Origin: Stylophora pistillata
Lineage: Eukaryota
Direction: 5' to 3'
NCBI RefSeq assembly: GCF_002571385.2
Contig: NW_019217791.1
Span: 588,932 to 652,931, forward strand
Length of the DNA stretch: 64,000 nucleotides
Positions 25,070 through 38,100 of this stretch are shown one piece after another; position 1 is the first letter of the stretch; the number at the start of each line of letters is the position of its first letter. The notes below the pieces were generated by a model. The model had not been told where the DNA came from. It saw nothing but the letters and a program-made list of their open reading frames with translations, and did not search any database. Position numbers and translations under genes: made by a program.

Positions 25070-26098
25070 AATAATAACCGCAAACTGCCTCAATCAGGAA
25101 ATCATTTTAATTAGCTTTATAACTGACCCGTTTCCAATTTACAGAAAAATATTCAGAAAAACCTCAGAAAATTACAAATCTACATAAAATGATCATAGAC
25201 AACCTTACAGAATTTTAAATCTATCCAATACAAAAGTGTTAACTTTAGCCCACGGTTATAAAACTATCAGATACCTAGAACTATCTCATAAATTGATTTA
25301 AAATCTGTAAAAATACGTGAAACAAACTCTAACACATTCAAAATTCCTTAAAAAGAGCCATCTGCTTCGTAAAACATTGTAAAAAACTATTTACTGCGCT
25401 AAATCGATGGTGAATTTCCCTTAGTTACAATTCACACCCTTGTTCGAGAATAGCTCTGTAAGAACCCATACCTATACAAACATGTAACCAGTGGTACGAT
25501 GAAAATAAAAAAAATGTATGTATCACATCGTAAGTGTAAATTAAACTCGTTGCCCCCAAATTTTGTTGGAATTGAAACAATTTCTTCCAGATCTAGAAGC
25601 GTAAGATTTGAGAAAACCTAACGAACACTGGAGCTTCGATCCCAGCTAAAAATCACGGTCTAGCCATGCGGTAAACGGCTGTTATGCGAGTTTACTGGAT
25701 GGGGCAAACAGATTTCTTTTTGCGCAGATCAGGACGGCTCCTGGCTCGGGAGAGTTCTTTCATCGATGACGCCTAAAAAATAACGTAGAACACGGTACAA
25801 GAGTATCTAGTTAGTAGTGCCTAGAAAAAGAGACAACCTCCAGAAAGGTTTGAGGAGAAAAGACAAATAAGCTGACCCACAGTAAATAGTGTTCGATTGA
25901 GTAACAATTTCCGAGCATTCATCAGTGATAAATGCTCGGAAACACCGATGAAACTAAGTAAAGACCACTCAGGATAACAGCCATGCATACCGCAAACAAT
26001 CATGGTGACCCATCTGTTTATTTCACTTTTCCAATGACCTTCGAGTGGCACTCAACTGTGCCAAGTTTGCAAAATATTTGAATCAAAGTGTGAGGTAA

Positions 26099-27732
26099 TC
26101 AAGGCATTGACAGAGGTAGCAGATGTTCGCAGAAGTCCCCATTTTTTGTTATTATACGAGACTCCAGTATGTTTGCTCCCCTCAAGGGACGAGAGACGAA
26201 AAACAAGAAGCATGTCTTCCCAGCGTATCTCGCTACGACATCCTGAGTTGCACATGGGTAAAAACATCTTGAGGGAAGTTTGAACAAAGAGCGATGCTGG
26301 AAGACGCGATAGAGAAAGGATTGGGTGATACAATAACTCCGACTGACCTTGGACAAGTTTGGTAAAGATGCTGCAGAGCGGATCTTCTGTTTTCGTATCA
26401 GACTGTCCATTTCTCTACGGGTTCTCTGCAATACCATTAAAAGGAACCTTCATGGATCAGTCTCAAGAACATGATGAGATTTGTTATAAGCTAAGGAAAA
26501 AATCCGTCCGCAGTGTAACATACTCACTTTGTCGCCAGTGGACTGCAACAAGGCTACAATATCGTCATGGCGGTACCAATACGCCAATTCAATTGCAGAT
26601 TCCCCGTCCTTGACAAGTCAAAGCAGGAACAAAATAAATACAGTTATTATACTGAAAAGAAACTAAAACGATAAAAAATACTTATAAATGTCCACAATTT
26701 ACCTTTGTGAGAAGCGAAACATTCGCACCAAACAGCAACAGAACCTCTACTATTCGTCTCTTGCCTCTCATGGCGGCATAATGGAGAGGGGTTCTTTTTT
26801 CCTGTAGGAAGAACAGAGTGAGTCACCTAAAGAATAAAGAAGTTTAATGTCACAAGTGCGGGACAGAAAAAAACAACAACTGCAAGTATCTTCAAGAGGA
26901 TGCAAAGCCCTTTGGTAGGGGTAGAGGTACCTTATAAGTCGGTCAGGGGTTGGCGTGGGGAAGAAATCAAGTTCAACCCCGAATTTTCGTTTAGATTTCG
27001 CCTATGTTTTTTCGAGCCCACGATGCAGCACTCTTATTCAAGTCATGGCGAGCATTTTTTCGAAAATACGTTCTTCGTTTTGGAGCGCAACATTGATAGA
27101 AAGAGCACTGAAGGGTAAAGTGTTGTACACTAACAGGGGAAACTTCATTACGAGGAAACCCTAAGTACGGTTTCCTTTCAATATTGGTGTTCCTTCATTC
27201 AAGGTGACTGACACAAAGTTTATCGAAATTTATGTCCCTTAGATGAAGGTATTCTTAAAATAAAGGTTTCCTTAAAGAAAATCTTCACATTTACAGTACA
27301 GAAAGCCCTAGAAATCATTCATGTCTGGGAACGAAGGCTTGTCACTGAGGGTTTCCTACAGTGTGCAGGTATATACATAAAAAGAAAATGTTGCTGTGCG
27401 TGATCTCGAAATAAAATTAATATACACACCTCATCAGCCAGATTGACGTTCGCTCCACCAGGGATGAGACGGTGAACAATAGCATGTTGTCCACTGATGG
27501 CCGCCTCGTGCAGAGCTGTCTTACCATACTATAAGGAAACGGGAACGGCCAGATAGGTATTACCTTTCGAACACCACTTTCTTTCATTTTAATTTAACTT
27601 TTATAAGAAGGTAAGCATCGATTACAAATCACGTTACCTTTCCCAACGTCAAGAAGATCATAAGTTTAAAAACTTCATCACAATTCTACGTTCTCTACTG
27701 ATACTCTTGTTTATCACTGAATAATTTCAAAT

Positions 27733-27767
<35 letters not shown>

Positions 27768-30700
27768 AAACTTTGCAGTTAAACCACTAGGGCAGAGCCC
27801 TATAACATGTAATTGTCCCACAGGAAAAAAATTAAAAGTTCAGAACCTGTAACGTAGAATCTTACCCCGTCTTGTAAATTAGGATCAGCGCCATCGTTTA
27901 GCAAGGCTTCTACGATTCCAAGATGCCCCTCCCAGCTGGCAACCATCATTGCAGACTGACCAAACTGCAAACAGAGAAAGATTGTCAATGGTTAAGTTTC
28001 TTACTGAGAGTCTTTGAACAGCCTTGGGTTGAGCCACGATAAGACAAAAGCCTCGCTACCTTCAAGAGTTCCTACCTTTGCAATTTGGAAAATGAGGAAA
28101 AACTCAACCACTGAGAGTTGTTATTGAAATCACTATTAATCTATTTGAAACTGATGGCATTAAACTTATTTTCATCCCTTCAATTTCGTGACCGTGTGTA
28201 ATGTGAAGGTTCGATGTAAATCTCTTCATTTACCCACATTTGTACATTTGTGTGTAAACGAACAGCCAACTACTATTTTCTGCGGATACTTGTTGTGCAG
28301 TAAACTTAGGCCTCTCAATTTTGAGGGCATTGAGTAAAATGACCACTAGATCGGTCAAGTATGGCTCATGGGTCAAAAAAAAAAAAAAAAGAAAAGAAAA
28401 ATCGCGCCAAGGCTTCCCAACAAGCCGGATGAAAAACTGCAACAGAGTTCTCGTTGGCTCTAAGTTATTTTTTCCCACTATTCTGAATGGTCAAAATTGT
28501 GTTACACACGGAAGGAAACTGTTTTATTTACTGAGCTCATTCATACAAACAGCAATCACAAGTCAAGAAGCTACATGGACACGCACTGCACCTCATTTTG
28601 ATAATTCATATCAACTCCTTCGTCAATGGTTCTCTTAGCCTCGTCCTCATCCCCTGCTTTGGCAGCAACCATGAGATCTTTACAAAGTTCCATCTAAAAT
28701 GAAAACCATATCCCAGCAAGTAAGCAACTTCTCGGCTTCTTAAGTCTTAATAGGGTAAATAGGGTATGTATCACTACTACTTTCCGAAAAATTTGGAGGA
28801 GAGGGATAACAGCGGAGGGGGGTAAAAAGCATCAATGGAACTTCACTTTAAAAGTAAAAATTTAAATACTCATACTAACCTGTTTTTCTACTTCTTTATC
28901 CTCAGCCCCCTTTATACTCATCTGTAATTCTTCTCTGCTGAGAAACATTTCTTTCTGCAAATCAAACCACGTTAAATTAATAACTAGTATGCTTAAGTGA
29001 AAACGTACATGTTCAATAATTAATACAATTTGCATATATCTCTTACTGAGAAAACATACTCACCTCTTTGTATATTGAACTTATGCTTGCAGCTGACAGG
29101 AGAGGACTCTTGTGAACATGATCTGAACTATGTGTATCTAAAATAATAAGACATTAGCTTACCACTATATAAAACTTTGATATTTCATTCAACTGTGTAT
29201 TAAAGTATCACATTAGTCTCCAAATCTCAGAGAATTGGCCCCTAAGGCATTGAATGCACAATACAGATATACATGTACACCATGTATTTTGTTACTATGT
29301 ACAGCAAAATAAATTGAACTGTTAGATGTTCGTCTTGTTACCGTACACATGCCTTTGACCCTTTAACTCCCATGAGTGATCAGGAGAGAATTTCTCCTTA
29401 CAACATCAATACAATATCAAGCAGACAAGTGAAGAGAATATAGAAGAATATCAAGAAGGGGATCATCGGTTGATCCAATACCAAATTCCCCAAACTCACA
29501 AAATAAAAATTGTATAGCAGAGAGTAATGAGAATTAATTACTGATCAGATCTTGGGAGTGAAAGGGTTAAACAATGTACTGTAACTTGTGTCAAGGAATC
29601 AATGGCAATATCTGAGCAACTGCCCCCCTACCCCTCTCCTAATCCAAAATTACTCCTTACTTGTTATCAGTTGACTATTGTTGGGTCAGGAGAGGGGTAG
29701 TGGAATCAATCTTGGTATCTGAGCAACTGTGCACTTACCCCTCCCCTAATCCAAAATTACTCCTTACTTGTTATCAGTTGACTATTGTTGGGTCAGGAGA
29801 GGGGTAGTGGAATCAATCTTGGTATCTGCGCAACTGTGCACTTACCCCTCTCCTAATCCAAAATTAGCTCCTTACTTGTTATCAGTTGACTATTGTTGGG
29901 TCAGGAGAGGGATAGTGGAATCAATGTTGGTATCTGAGCAACTGTGCACTTACCCCTCCCCTAATCCAAAATTACTCCTTACTTGTTATCAGTTGACTAT
30001 TGTTGGGTCAGGAGAGGGGTAGTGGAATCAATGTTGGTATCTGAGCAACTGTGCACTTACCCCTCCCCTAATCCAAAAGTAATCCTTACTTGTGAACCAT
30101 GGTTTAGTACTGTACAGGGCCACGTTGTTTAAAGCTGGGTTAAGAAAACCCAGGGTTCGTGTGAAATCTGATTTAAGATATGAAAGCTTTAGATGAAAAT
30201 TCAGTTTGACTACTTTTGTCTGCAATATGATGATTGGATGCTCTCAAAAGAAGGGGGACAATCATCATAAAAAAGGCTTTTGAATAGAGAAATAAAGAAA
30301 CCTGGATCAAAATTTAACCCTGGGTTAGCACTAATTGGCTGTCAAACAACTGGGCCCTGTATTACTATATTAAAACACGATGAATGAATTTACCAGTGCT
30401 GATAGAATCGTCATTTGATTTTCCATCCAACTTTCTTAAAATCTTTTTGTATTCTGGTGGAGGTACATAGGGAGGGGGCACCACAGCAAATCTTCCACTT
30501 GTGTCATCTCGATATTCATGATCAGTAAACACACTGTCATCATAATCTGACAACACTTCACTCTCTGCCTTCAGAGCTAAAAACTGTTGTGAATGTTCAT
30601 GTAAGTTCTTAGGTCTATAATCATTATATTGATTGTATTCTCTGGAGCTATGATCTGAAGGCTTATAGAAACCATCAGATGTGAAGCCAGTTGCTTTGGG

Positions 30701-33700
30701 AAACTCCCTTTGAATCTCAGTGTCTCTCTGTGAGTCTTCCCTATCATGTTGAACCATATTGTCATGCCCCCTTGAGACTATGGATGGCTGATGCCTTGGT
30801 TGATCAACAAGTGTAGTTTTCACCATCACCAGCTTTCCACTTACAGGGGCATCACGAAAACTTTCTGGAGGGGAGTATATTGGGGTGTGAGCTCTTCCAT
30901 CTGTAGTCCTTGCAGAGTAAATTATTGGAGTAGCAGTCTCTTCCTGTGGTTTCATGTTACCTTGATAGCAATCTTCATCAAGATAAAATTGCCGTGTGTC
31001 TTCCGGTTCTGGTTCAGGAATCATTGATCTGTATAAGGAGTCCTCTAAAACTGCATCCTCATACCAGGTGGAACCAGGCTCCGATTGCCTTTGAATCCTC
31101 TGGTTACTTTTAGTCACCACTCTCCTATCATCAAAATCTGATTGGCTCATATTAAAGGATGGCACGGCTTCTGTCTTATAAATTTTGCCATTCAGAAAAC
31201 CCACAGGTTCTTTCTGGAAATTTTTATGTCCATGCCTTCCACTGACTTGGAATGTTGCTGTTGAAGTGAATTTTTTAGTGTTTTCTAATTTGGAAGTTGT
31301 TCTTTCTAATGGAATCACCTCTGATTTTGCCGCCATGTTGCCATAATTCACAGCTGCTGTTCCAGTGTGTGATTTTTTAGATGGACTTTGAGAGTACCAG
31401 CTTCTCTCCCCATTAACATAACTGTCTTCAAAAGAAAAGTCTACAACAGATGTTCTCTTTTTACTGCTCTCAGCTCTTTCATTGTCTTCCAACTTCTGGC
31501 CATTCTCATTTTTCAAGGAAATGTTAAGTGACCAATCTCCATGACTGTCACTGGTGGTGTTGTCTTGAGTTGTGGAGAATAGCTCATCAGGAATGCTCCA
31601 AGACTGTAGCTCTTTACTCTGCTTGACTTCTGGTACAATCAAACGTTCATTTGCCAGAATTGGCTCTCTATATTTTTTCCAATGATGCCGATCCAATTGA
31701 ACTGGAGATGACCTCTGAGACAGTGTGTCATCCTTAAACCTCTGTGGATTGTCGCCAATTATGTTTGGTCTTTCTTTTACAATGCTCTGATCATGTACAC
31801 AATGTACTTTATCAGGTATGGCTTTAACATTCATTGGTGAATCTTCCACATCCATGGCAGCCTGGACATTGTGGTGAATGTACATTATTTTTGGCCGCAC
31901 TACCCTGATGGGCAAGTCTGTTCTGTCTTCAGGAGCTGCAGTATCAATGTAACCCATGTTTGCTAGCACAACTTTTGCATTCCCTCTTTCTGGTGATAGA
32001 ACTGATTGTGAAAAATTTGGGCTACCCAAACTGCTCTGATTTTGTTCCTGTTTACCATTATAGCATCCATTCTTTATTTCACCTGTAGCTTTGGAGTGAT
32101 TTGAAATCTGCTGATCTTCATGGTTTTGAATAAGGTCACCTTGGAAGGACTCATTCATGGATGTAAAGCTGGTAAGGGAAAGGTCATCACCATAACCATT
32201 TCTTCTAGTCTTCCGTCCAAAGTAAATTCCAATTATGCTTAACTGCTGCATAGTGAGACACACATCAGTTCTTCCAAGAGAGGAACGTACATGTTTACGA
32301 GAACACTCAGGCACCAATACATAGACCAGAAGATCTGATGCACCAAATGAAACTCCCATGTATATAACTGTTTCCCAGCCAGGGTCACCTTGAGCAATCT
32401 CAGGGATTTGGAAAAGTCTTCTGATCTTCTGCAAAATTGTCTTTTTGTTCTCAGAGAACCATGCAAAATGGTTTCTGATCCTAATCCATAATGGAAAGTA
32501 GCCACACTCTGAGAAAAAAAAAGGCAAGAAGAGAAAAAAATAGAAGACAATAAATAAATTATTTCCTTATAACTTTTCAATATTATTTTACTGCAATCCT
32601 GTAATTAAAACTACATTACCATTTCTTATTATCCAACTGCACTTAGTAGAGTACAAATGATGCACGCATGAATTGATGTACAAATATACTTCGCTTTTCC
32701 TCCCTTGTACAAAATGCACACAAAATAAGGGAGTTGGATAATAAATAACTTACTTTTATTCATTGTTTCTATTTTGTCTCGCCCTTTGGGCTCTTGAAAA
32801 TATGGTGCAACTCATAAAAATACTCAGTAACACTACTACGGTACCACTACAGCTAATGAGATATACATCATATTACTCCTCAAATTAAAATGAGAAAAAC
32901 ATAGAAATGTATTAAATATGCAAATTGTATTCATAACTACGACGAGAATATTCAAAATTAGTATATACCAGCAAAACATTAATACTATTAGCATTTAAAT
33001 GTAACTTTTACAACTATATTTAAATCAAAGAAATGATCCAGGCTTGTCAACAGAGAGGAAATAAGAAAACACCATTTTGGAACTACACTTTGTCTTTCGT
33101 GCTGCATTTCTCAAAGGGGTTTTCCCTAATAGAAGCAAAAGGTAAGACTGGAAAATTGAATTTCAAGAACCCGATCGTGTGGGCATTTAATTTATTCAAG
33201 TACTGTCAGCGCTAGGGGCATTAGGTGGACGTGAAAAATGCAAATAATGTAAACACCTTCTCACTTTCTCGTGTTTATTTTTGCCAGTTTTAATGGTTTT
33301 CACGGCGATCGTAGTATTTGAAAAATTTCTCATGCCATGCCTAATCTAAAAAAATTTCACGAGAGCGTCTAAGCCATTTAAATTATTTACACACAAGGAG
33401 CATGATAACACCATTTGTATAATAAAATTACCGGATAACGTACGGGTCAAAATATAAACAAGGGCTACAAAACGGACGATGACGTACCTTGGAAAACTCG
33501 TGGATGCACCGGGTTATTGCTACTATCCCAATCACTGACTACTTGGAGGAGATCGTGACAATTTATCTTCTGCAAAAGGCGCAGCACAACTCGTAGATTA
33601 TCTTTTCCGTAATACAAATTGAGAACAGCGATCAGAGCTTCGCCGTCCGTGACGGTTCTCAACGTGTCACTACGAATAGCGTTGCGAAGAAGTGAGACTA

Positions 33701-33839
33701 TGTGATCTACTTCGTCCAACCTTAAGTTTCGGGCCACAAAATCCTTGATAGCTTGAAGAGGTTCGAAAACTAATCCTGAAAGTCGCTGTCTGTCACACTG
33801 AAGCTCTTTGATATTGATTCTTAGGTCTTCTGTAGCCAT
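26099..33839 (-). CDS. DED-like / PPxY / ankyrin-repeat protein, ~1105 aa, 11 exons
   Basis: Phase-consistent GT-AG exons: 33839-33488, 32508-30394, 29137-29064, 28954-28880, 28693-28592, 27964-27866, 27528-27430, 26801-26703, 26608-26528, 26425-26348, 26242-26099 (last exon least certain). ANK repeats GQSAMMVASWEGH, GKTALHEAAISG, RTPLHYAAMRG. N-terminal DED-like KDNLRVVLRLLQKINCHDLL. Confidence 0.85.
29359..29566. mobile_element. piggyBac-type MITE in an intron
   Basis: TTGA|CCCTTTAACTCCCA ... TGGGAGTGAAAGGG|TTAA. Confidence 0.75.
29595..30092. repeat. 107-bp tandem repeat, ~4.6 copies, each with an internal hairpin
   Basis: GGAATCAAT at 29595, 29702, 29809, 29917 and 30024; TACCCCTCCCCTAATCCAA pairs with TTGGGTCAGGAGAGGGGTA. 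Confidence 0.92.
30115..30359. mobile_element. Harbinger-like MITE
   Basis: CAGGGCCACGTTGTTT ... AAACAACTGGGCCCTG termini, with AACCCAGGGTT motifs. Confidence 0.65.
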
Positions 33840-35101
33840 ATCAACGCTACGAAAACTTAGAGCAAGCTGTGAGGTTGAGCCGGATACGAGAGCAGAGCCA
33901 CTTTCAGTTGTAAGCTTCTCAGCAGATCTTACATTGATTGATCCACTAGAAGAACACCAAATTTGTAGCTTAACAGATTACTAAACTCCTCGTGCTAGTT
34001 CCACTCACAATATTCCAGAAGTTAAGTCCCAAAAGGGTCGTCAAATCTTCTACACCGTGATGCCTTTAACCAGTCTTCTTTAACCACTGGAATTCACGCC
34101 GTCCTTTGAGCTTGTCGTAACCGCCAATGTATCAACCAGATGGTATTGATAACGCACTGTCTGATTGGTTTTTAAAAACTGTCGTTTGATTGATGTCAAC
34201 AGAAGGTTTCCGTTCGCGCAAAACGGTTTCCTGTCGTGCAATCCTAATAATATGGAAATAATATGCAGACTGGTCTTTGATGCGGTGCTGCGATGCGTTG
34301 CCAGCAGAATAATTATAAGAATATTAGAATAATTGAATATTAGAATAATTGAATAAATTTTCCGAGCGTGAAAAGCATAACAAACCACACATGGAAGCTG
34401 TGGTAACTAAAACAACAAACCAGCCAGTGAGAATTCACGATAAAGAGCTTTCCTGACCTCGCTTTTCTCTTGAAGTTGACACAATTTGACACTGTTGAAA
34501 GGCGAGACAATGCAGCAGGAAGCCAGATAAATCCCACCAAATGCGTATTTCTTCCGATTAAAAATCTTCTCTCGCAGATTTAAGAAAACAAAGTTAGGAT
34601 TTCTTGTAGCGATTCAATCGCGCTAAAGCGCTAAAAATTAAAGGTAAACTCTTAGCATTTCTTGCCGCATAATTCGCCACATGTTCCCACATGTGACAAA
34701 AATATTTAAAACGCGTATGGAGGAGAGATATTGGACACTAGATTTTAGTCCCCAAAGTATCGCTTTGGTGCTTTGGAGTTCCGCCTGGCGGATTCTGCAT
34801 AACAACGTTAGAAATGCGATTGCAACTGCGTGAAATCGGGAAATGGCTTCTGAAAATTGATTTATTTTCATTTTGGTACCCTCAAAACATCGCGTGTGGG
34901 GATCTTAGCTTTACAGATTGCTTCTGAACAGGACAGATATGGATACTAAGAACAAAACTTTTGGGTTCTGATCAGTGATATGTAACTGATCTCAGTCTTG
35001 TGTTTTGGCAAGTCTTCTCTGCGCACACAAGTTTTTTTTTTTTTTTTCAAGTCCTAGATGAAGAACTGATATCTATTAAAAAAAAAAAAAGAAAAAAAGT
35101 G
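33840..35101. promoter_or_regulatory. Probable bidirectional promoter region (DED-ANK gene / WDR38-like)
   Basis: Divergent ATGs are 1.26 kb apart; the region is relatively CpG-rich with CCAAT motifs near 34123 and 34164. Confidence 0.45.
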
Positions 35102-38100
35102 ATGGCAAACGTAAGAGGATCATTCGAAACAGAAAGGAGAGATGAGAAAGATTCGCTCACTGTTGTTGATCTGGATGGCCTGGAGGACGAAGATAATGCA
35201 GGATACAACGAGAATGGTTTTGTATCACCAGCAGAGTTAACGAAAGTCAATTTCCGGTCATTAATCGGCCATAAAGATGAAGTATGAGTGATAAATACCC
35301 TTCTTTACCTGTAGTAATCAATTGATCTGTGATTAAACCAATTGCAACAAGGTTTTTGTATATCAAATGAAATAATTTTCAATTATCATCAGGCCCCAGT
35401 TGTTCAAAGGGTAGATAACACTATCCACTGAACAAATCTCTGTTGGGTGGATAGCACAGTATGTTTTGGTAACACTTATCTGCAGGGTAGTGATTTGTCT
35501 GTTGGATAGTGTTATCCGCTCTTTGAACAACCGGGCCCAGCAGTTTTATAAAACGTACGTGTATGAACCTGGTTCAGTTAGCACAGTTGAAACTTGTCCC
35601 AGATCCTCTTCAAGAGCGAGATAAAAAAACAGAAACAAAGCTTGAAGAGAAAAGCGCACAACTGGCATTGATTGATGTAGCATTTTAAGGATGATGAAAG
35701 AATTGCACCAAAAAGGAAAGAAAAACAAAGGAAAAAGATGGGAAATTGTGGTAAAATCTGTTACCACCTTGTTCATAGTGAAAAAGGATTTTGTCAGTAA
35801 GAAGTTATGTGGGAAATTACAATTAGTATCACCTCAGGGAAAACTTACAAGTATATTAAAAACAGTAACCTGAATATCTGTTAATAGGTGAATACATGTG
35901 CATTTTCTTCTGACTGGTCAAGAATTGTTACAGGAGGAGATGATATGCTGGTCAAACTGTGGGATACAAAGACAGGCAAAGTGTTATTTACTTTGGACAG
36001 TCATGAAGGTGAAATGTGACAATGCAGTGCTCTATGTAACCATATGGAGCTTATTATGTCTCTCTGATTGGTAATGCTTGACATGCATAATGATAATCGT
36101 ATTCAACAATTCCTTCTCTCTTCTCGGTCAATATTATAAGAAGTGTCTGTTAAAGAGAGACAAAAATTTTCATTGAGTAGATCCTTATTTGAAAGTGAAA
36201 AATAAGTCTGATCAAATTTTGTTTTAAATAAGATTTAAAATGCACAATGGTTTAAGGGTTATTTGTATTCCTTGATACCTTGAATTACAATAAGAGGCAG
36301 GTATTGATGATGGCTAAGGGGTATTCAGTGTTTTTGTTTTTTGGTACGAGTGTTTGTCTCATATGAGAATTAGCATTTTTATCTCTAACAATTTGCTTTC
36401 AAATACAGGAGTGTTATTTGTTCTTAATTCTTGTGCGTGTGTTGGCAAAATCACCAAATCTTTTATTACTATAGTTAAAGTGTGGAAATGATTGTTTCTT
36501 GCTAGTTTCTTATTGAAGATTTCTTTGCCGGGCCACATAGGTGCAATAAAATGTGTGTGTTTTTCATCTGATGGAAAGCTGTTTGCCTCTGCTTCGTATG
36601 ATCATACTGTCAAAGTTGTGAATTGTAGCTCTGGGAAAGAGGTCTATAGCCTGGAAGGTAAGTCATCTTGACCTTTTCACTCTCAAGGTCTAACATTACT
36701 GTTAATTCTCTCTTTTAATGACCATACAATTTCATTGTTAAGAGTGCGAGGGAAGCATTTAAGTGATTTTTAAGAGTAATCGTCTTTGTAATTTTATTAT
36801 ATAGTAGTAGTTATAGATCATTTCTTATTTCTTACTTGTAAAAGAGATGCAATTCACTTTTTTAACTGCAATGTTTTTCTTAATAAATACAGTCTACAGT
36901 GCTGAGAATTCGGAATTTCATCTGTTGGCTTGATAAATAATTGTGAGAGAAATTTGCATTTAGATCAGTTGAGAAGGTTTTTACTAGCTAAGGTTAATTT
37001 TCAAGAATCATTGACGGAAAATATAATCCTCAAGGAATCACCTGAATTTGAAAAAAATGTTTTTTTTATAGGACACACCCATAGTGTTGAAACATGTTGT
37101 TTCTCACCTGACTCCGAATATTTGTGCTCTGGATCTTGGGACACATCAGCAATTGTTTGGAACTTGAAGGTTTCCCTGATATTAGTTTGAATTCTTTTAT
37201 GTACTAGCACTTATGTGTTGTGGTTCAAATAGTGTATTGGTTATTAACTAGTTTGATTTTTAATTTCCTTAATCTTGTACTTGTTTTCTTTTTCTGATAA
37301 AAAAAAAAAATTAACAAAACCAAAATAGTTTGAAAAAATAATAGTAAACAGACACTGTGGAAAAACTTTGAACCACAAAATATGCAAGCATGATCCTTCA
37401 CTTATTGTTCACTTCATTGTCACGCCACATACAGACATAGTCATATGAATCAGCCCGGTAGTTTGGTATATATTATTAAACAACTGTTAAGTCTGGCACA
37501 GACTGATTTCTTAATAATTGACCAGTACAATAACCAATTCAGCTTGCTTGCAAACAAAAGAGGTTTCCATTGGTGGGATTCTTGCTGTTACTGTATCTGT
37601 GAATCTCTTATTTCCTTCAGACTGGTGTTGCTGCATATGTTTTGGATGGTCATCGTAATGTTGTACAGGCCTGTGCATTCTCTATCAATAGCTCCACTGT
37701 GGTAAATAAATTTTTAAGAATCCTTATAATTTCGTCATCAGATGACCAAAATTAATTAAGGATTTTAAATATGTCAAAATAATTGTTTCTTTCTAGATAA
37801 AGCTTTGCTGAAATTTGATTTTAACTGATAATTAAAAAAAATACAGATGTGTATTTTTTTTTATTGATATACAGGCAACAGGTTCTTGGGATTGTACAAT
37901 TCGTCTGTGGCCACTTGGAGGTGGAAAAATGGATGTCAAGTGTCTGAAGGGACACAGAAGTAATATTCATGCAGTGGCATTTTCGTGTGACAGATTACTG
38001 GTTAGTGCATGACTCTTTTGACATCTCTTTGCTTTTCCTTTATTCTGTCTTGAGTTACACATCTTTACCCTTTTAAATGCCACTTTTGAGCAAATCTATA

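Noticed and set aside
30365-32527. 720-aa ORF as a standalone single-exon gene
   Set aside because: Its start lies in a polypyrimidine tract; the AG at 32509 and GT at 30393 make it a phase-matched internal exon.
34200-34900. RFX X-box for the WDR38-like gene
   Set aside because: Only half-sites are visible; there is no convincing full palindrome.
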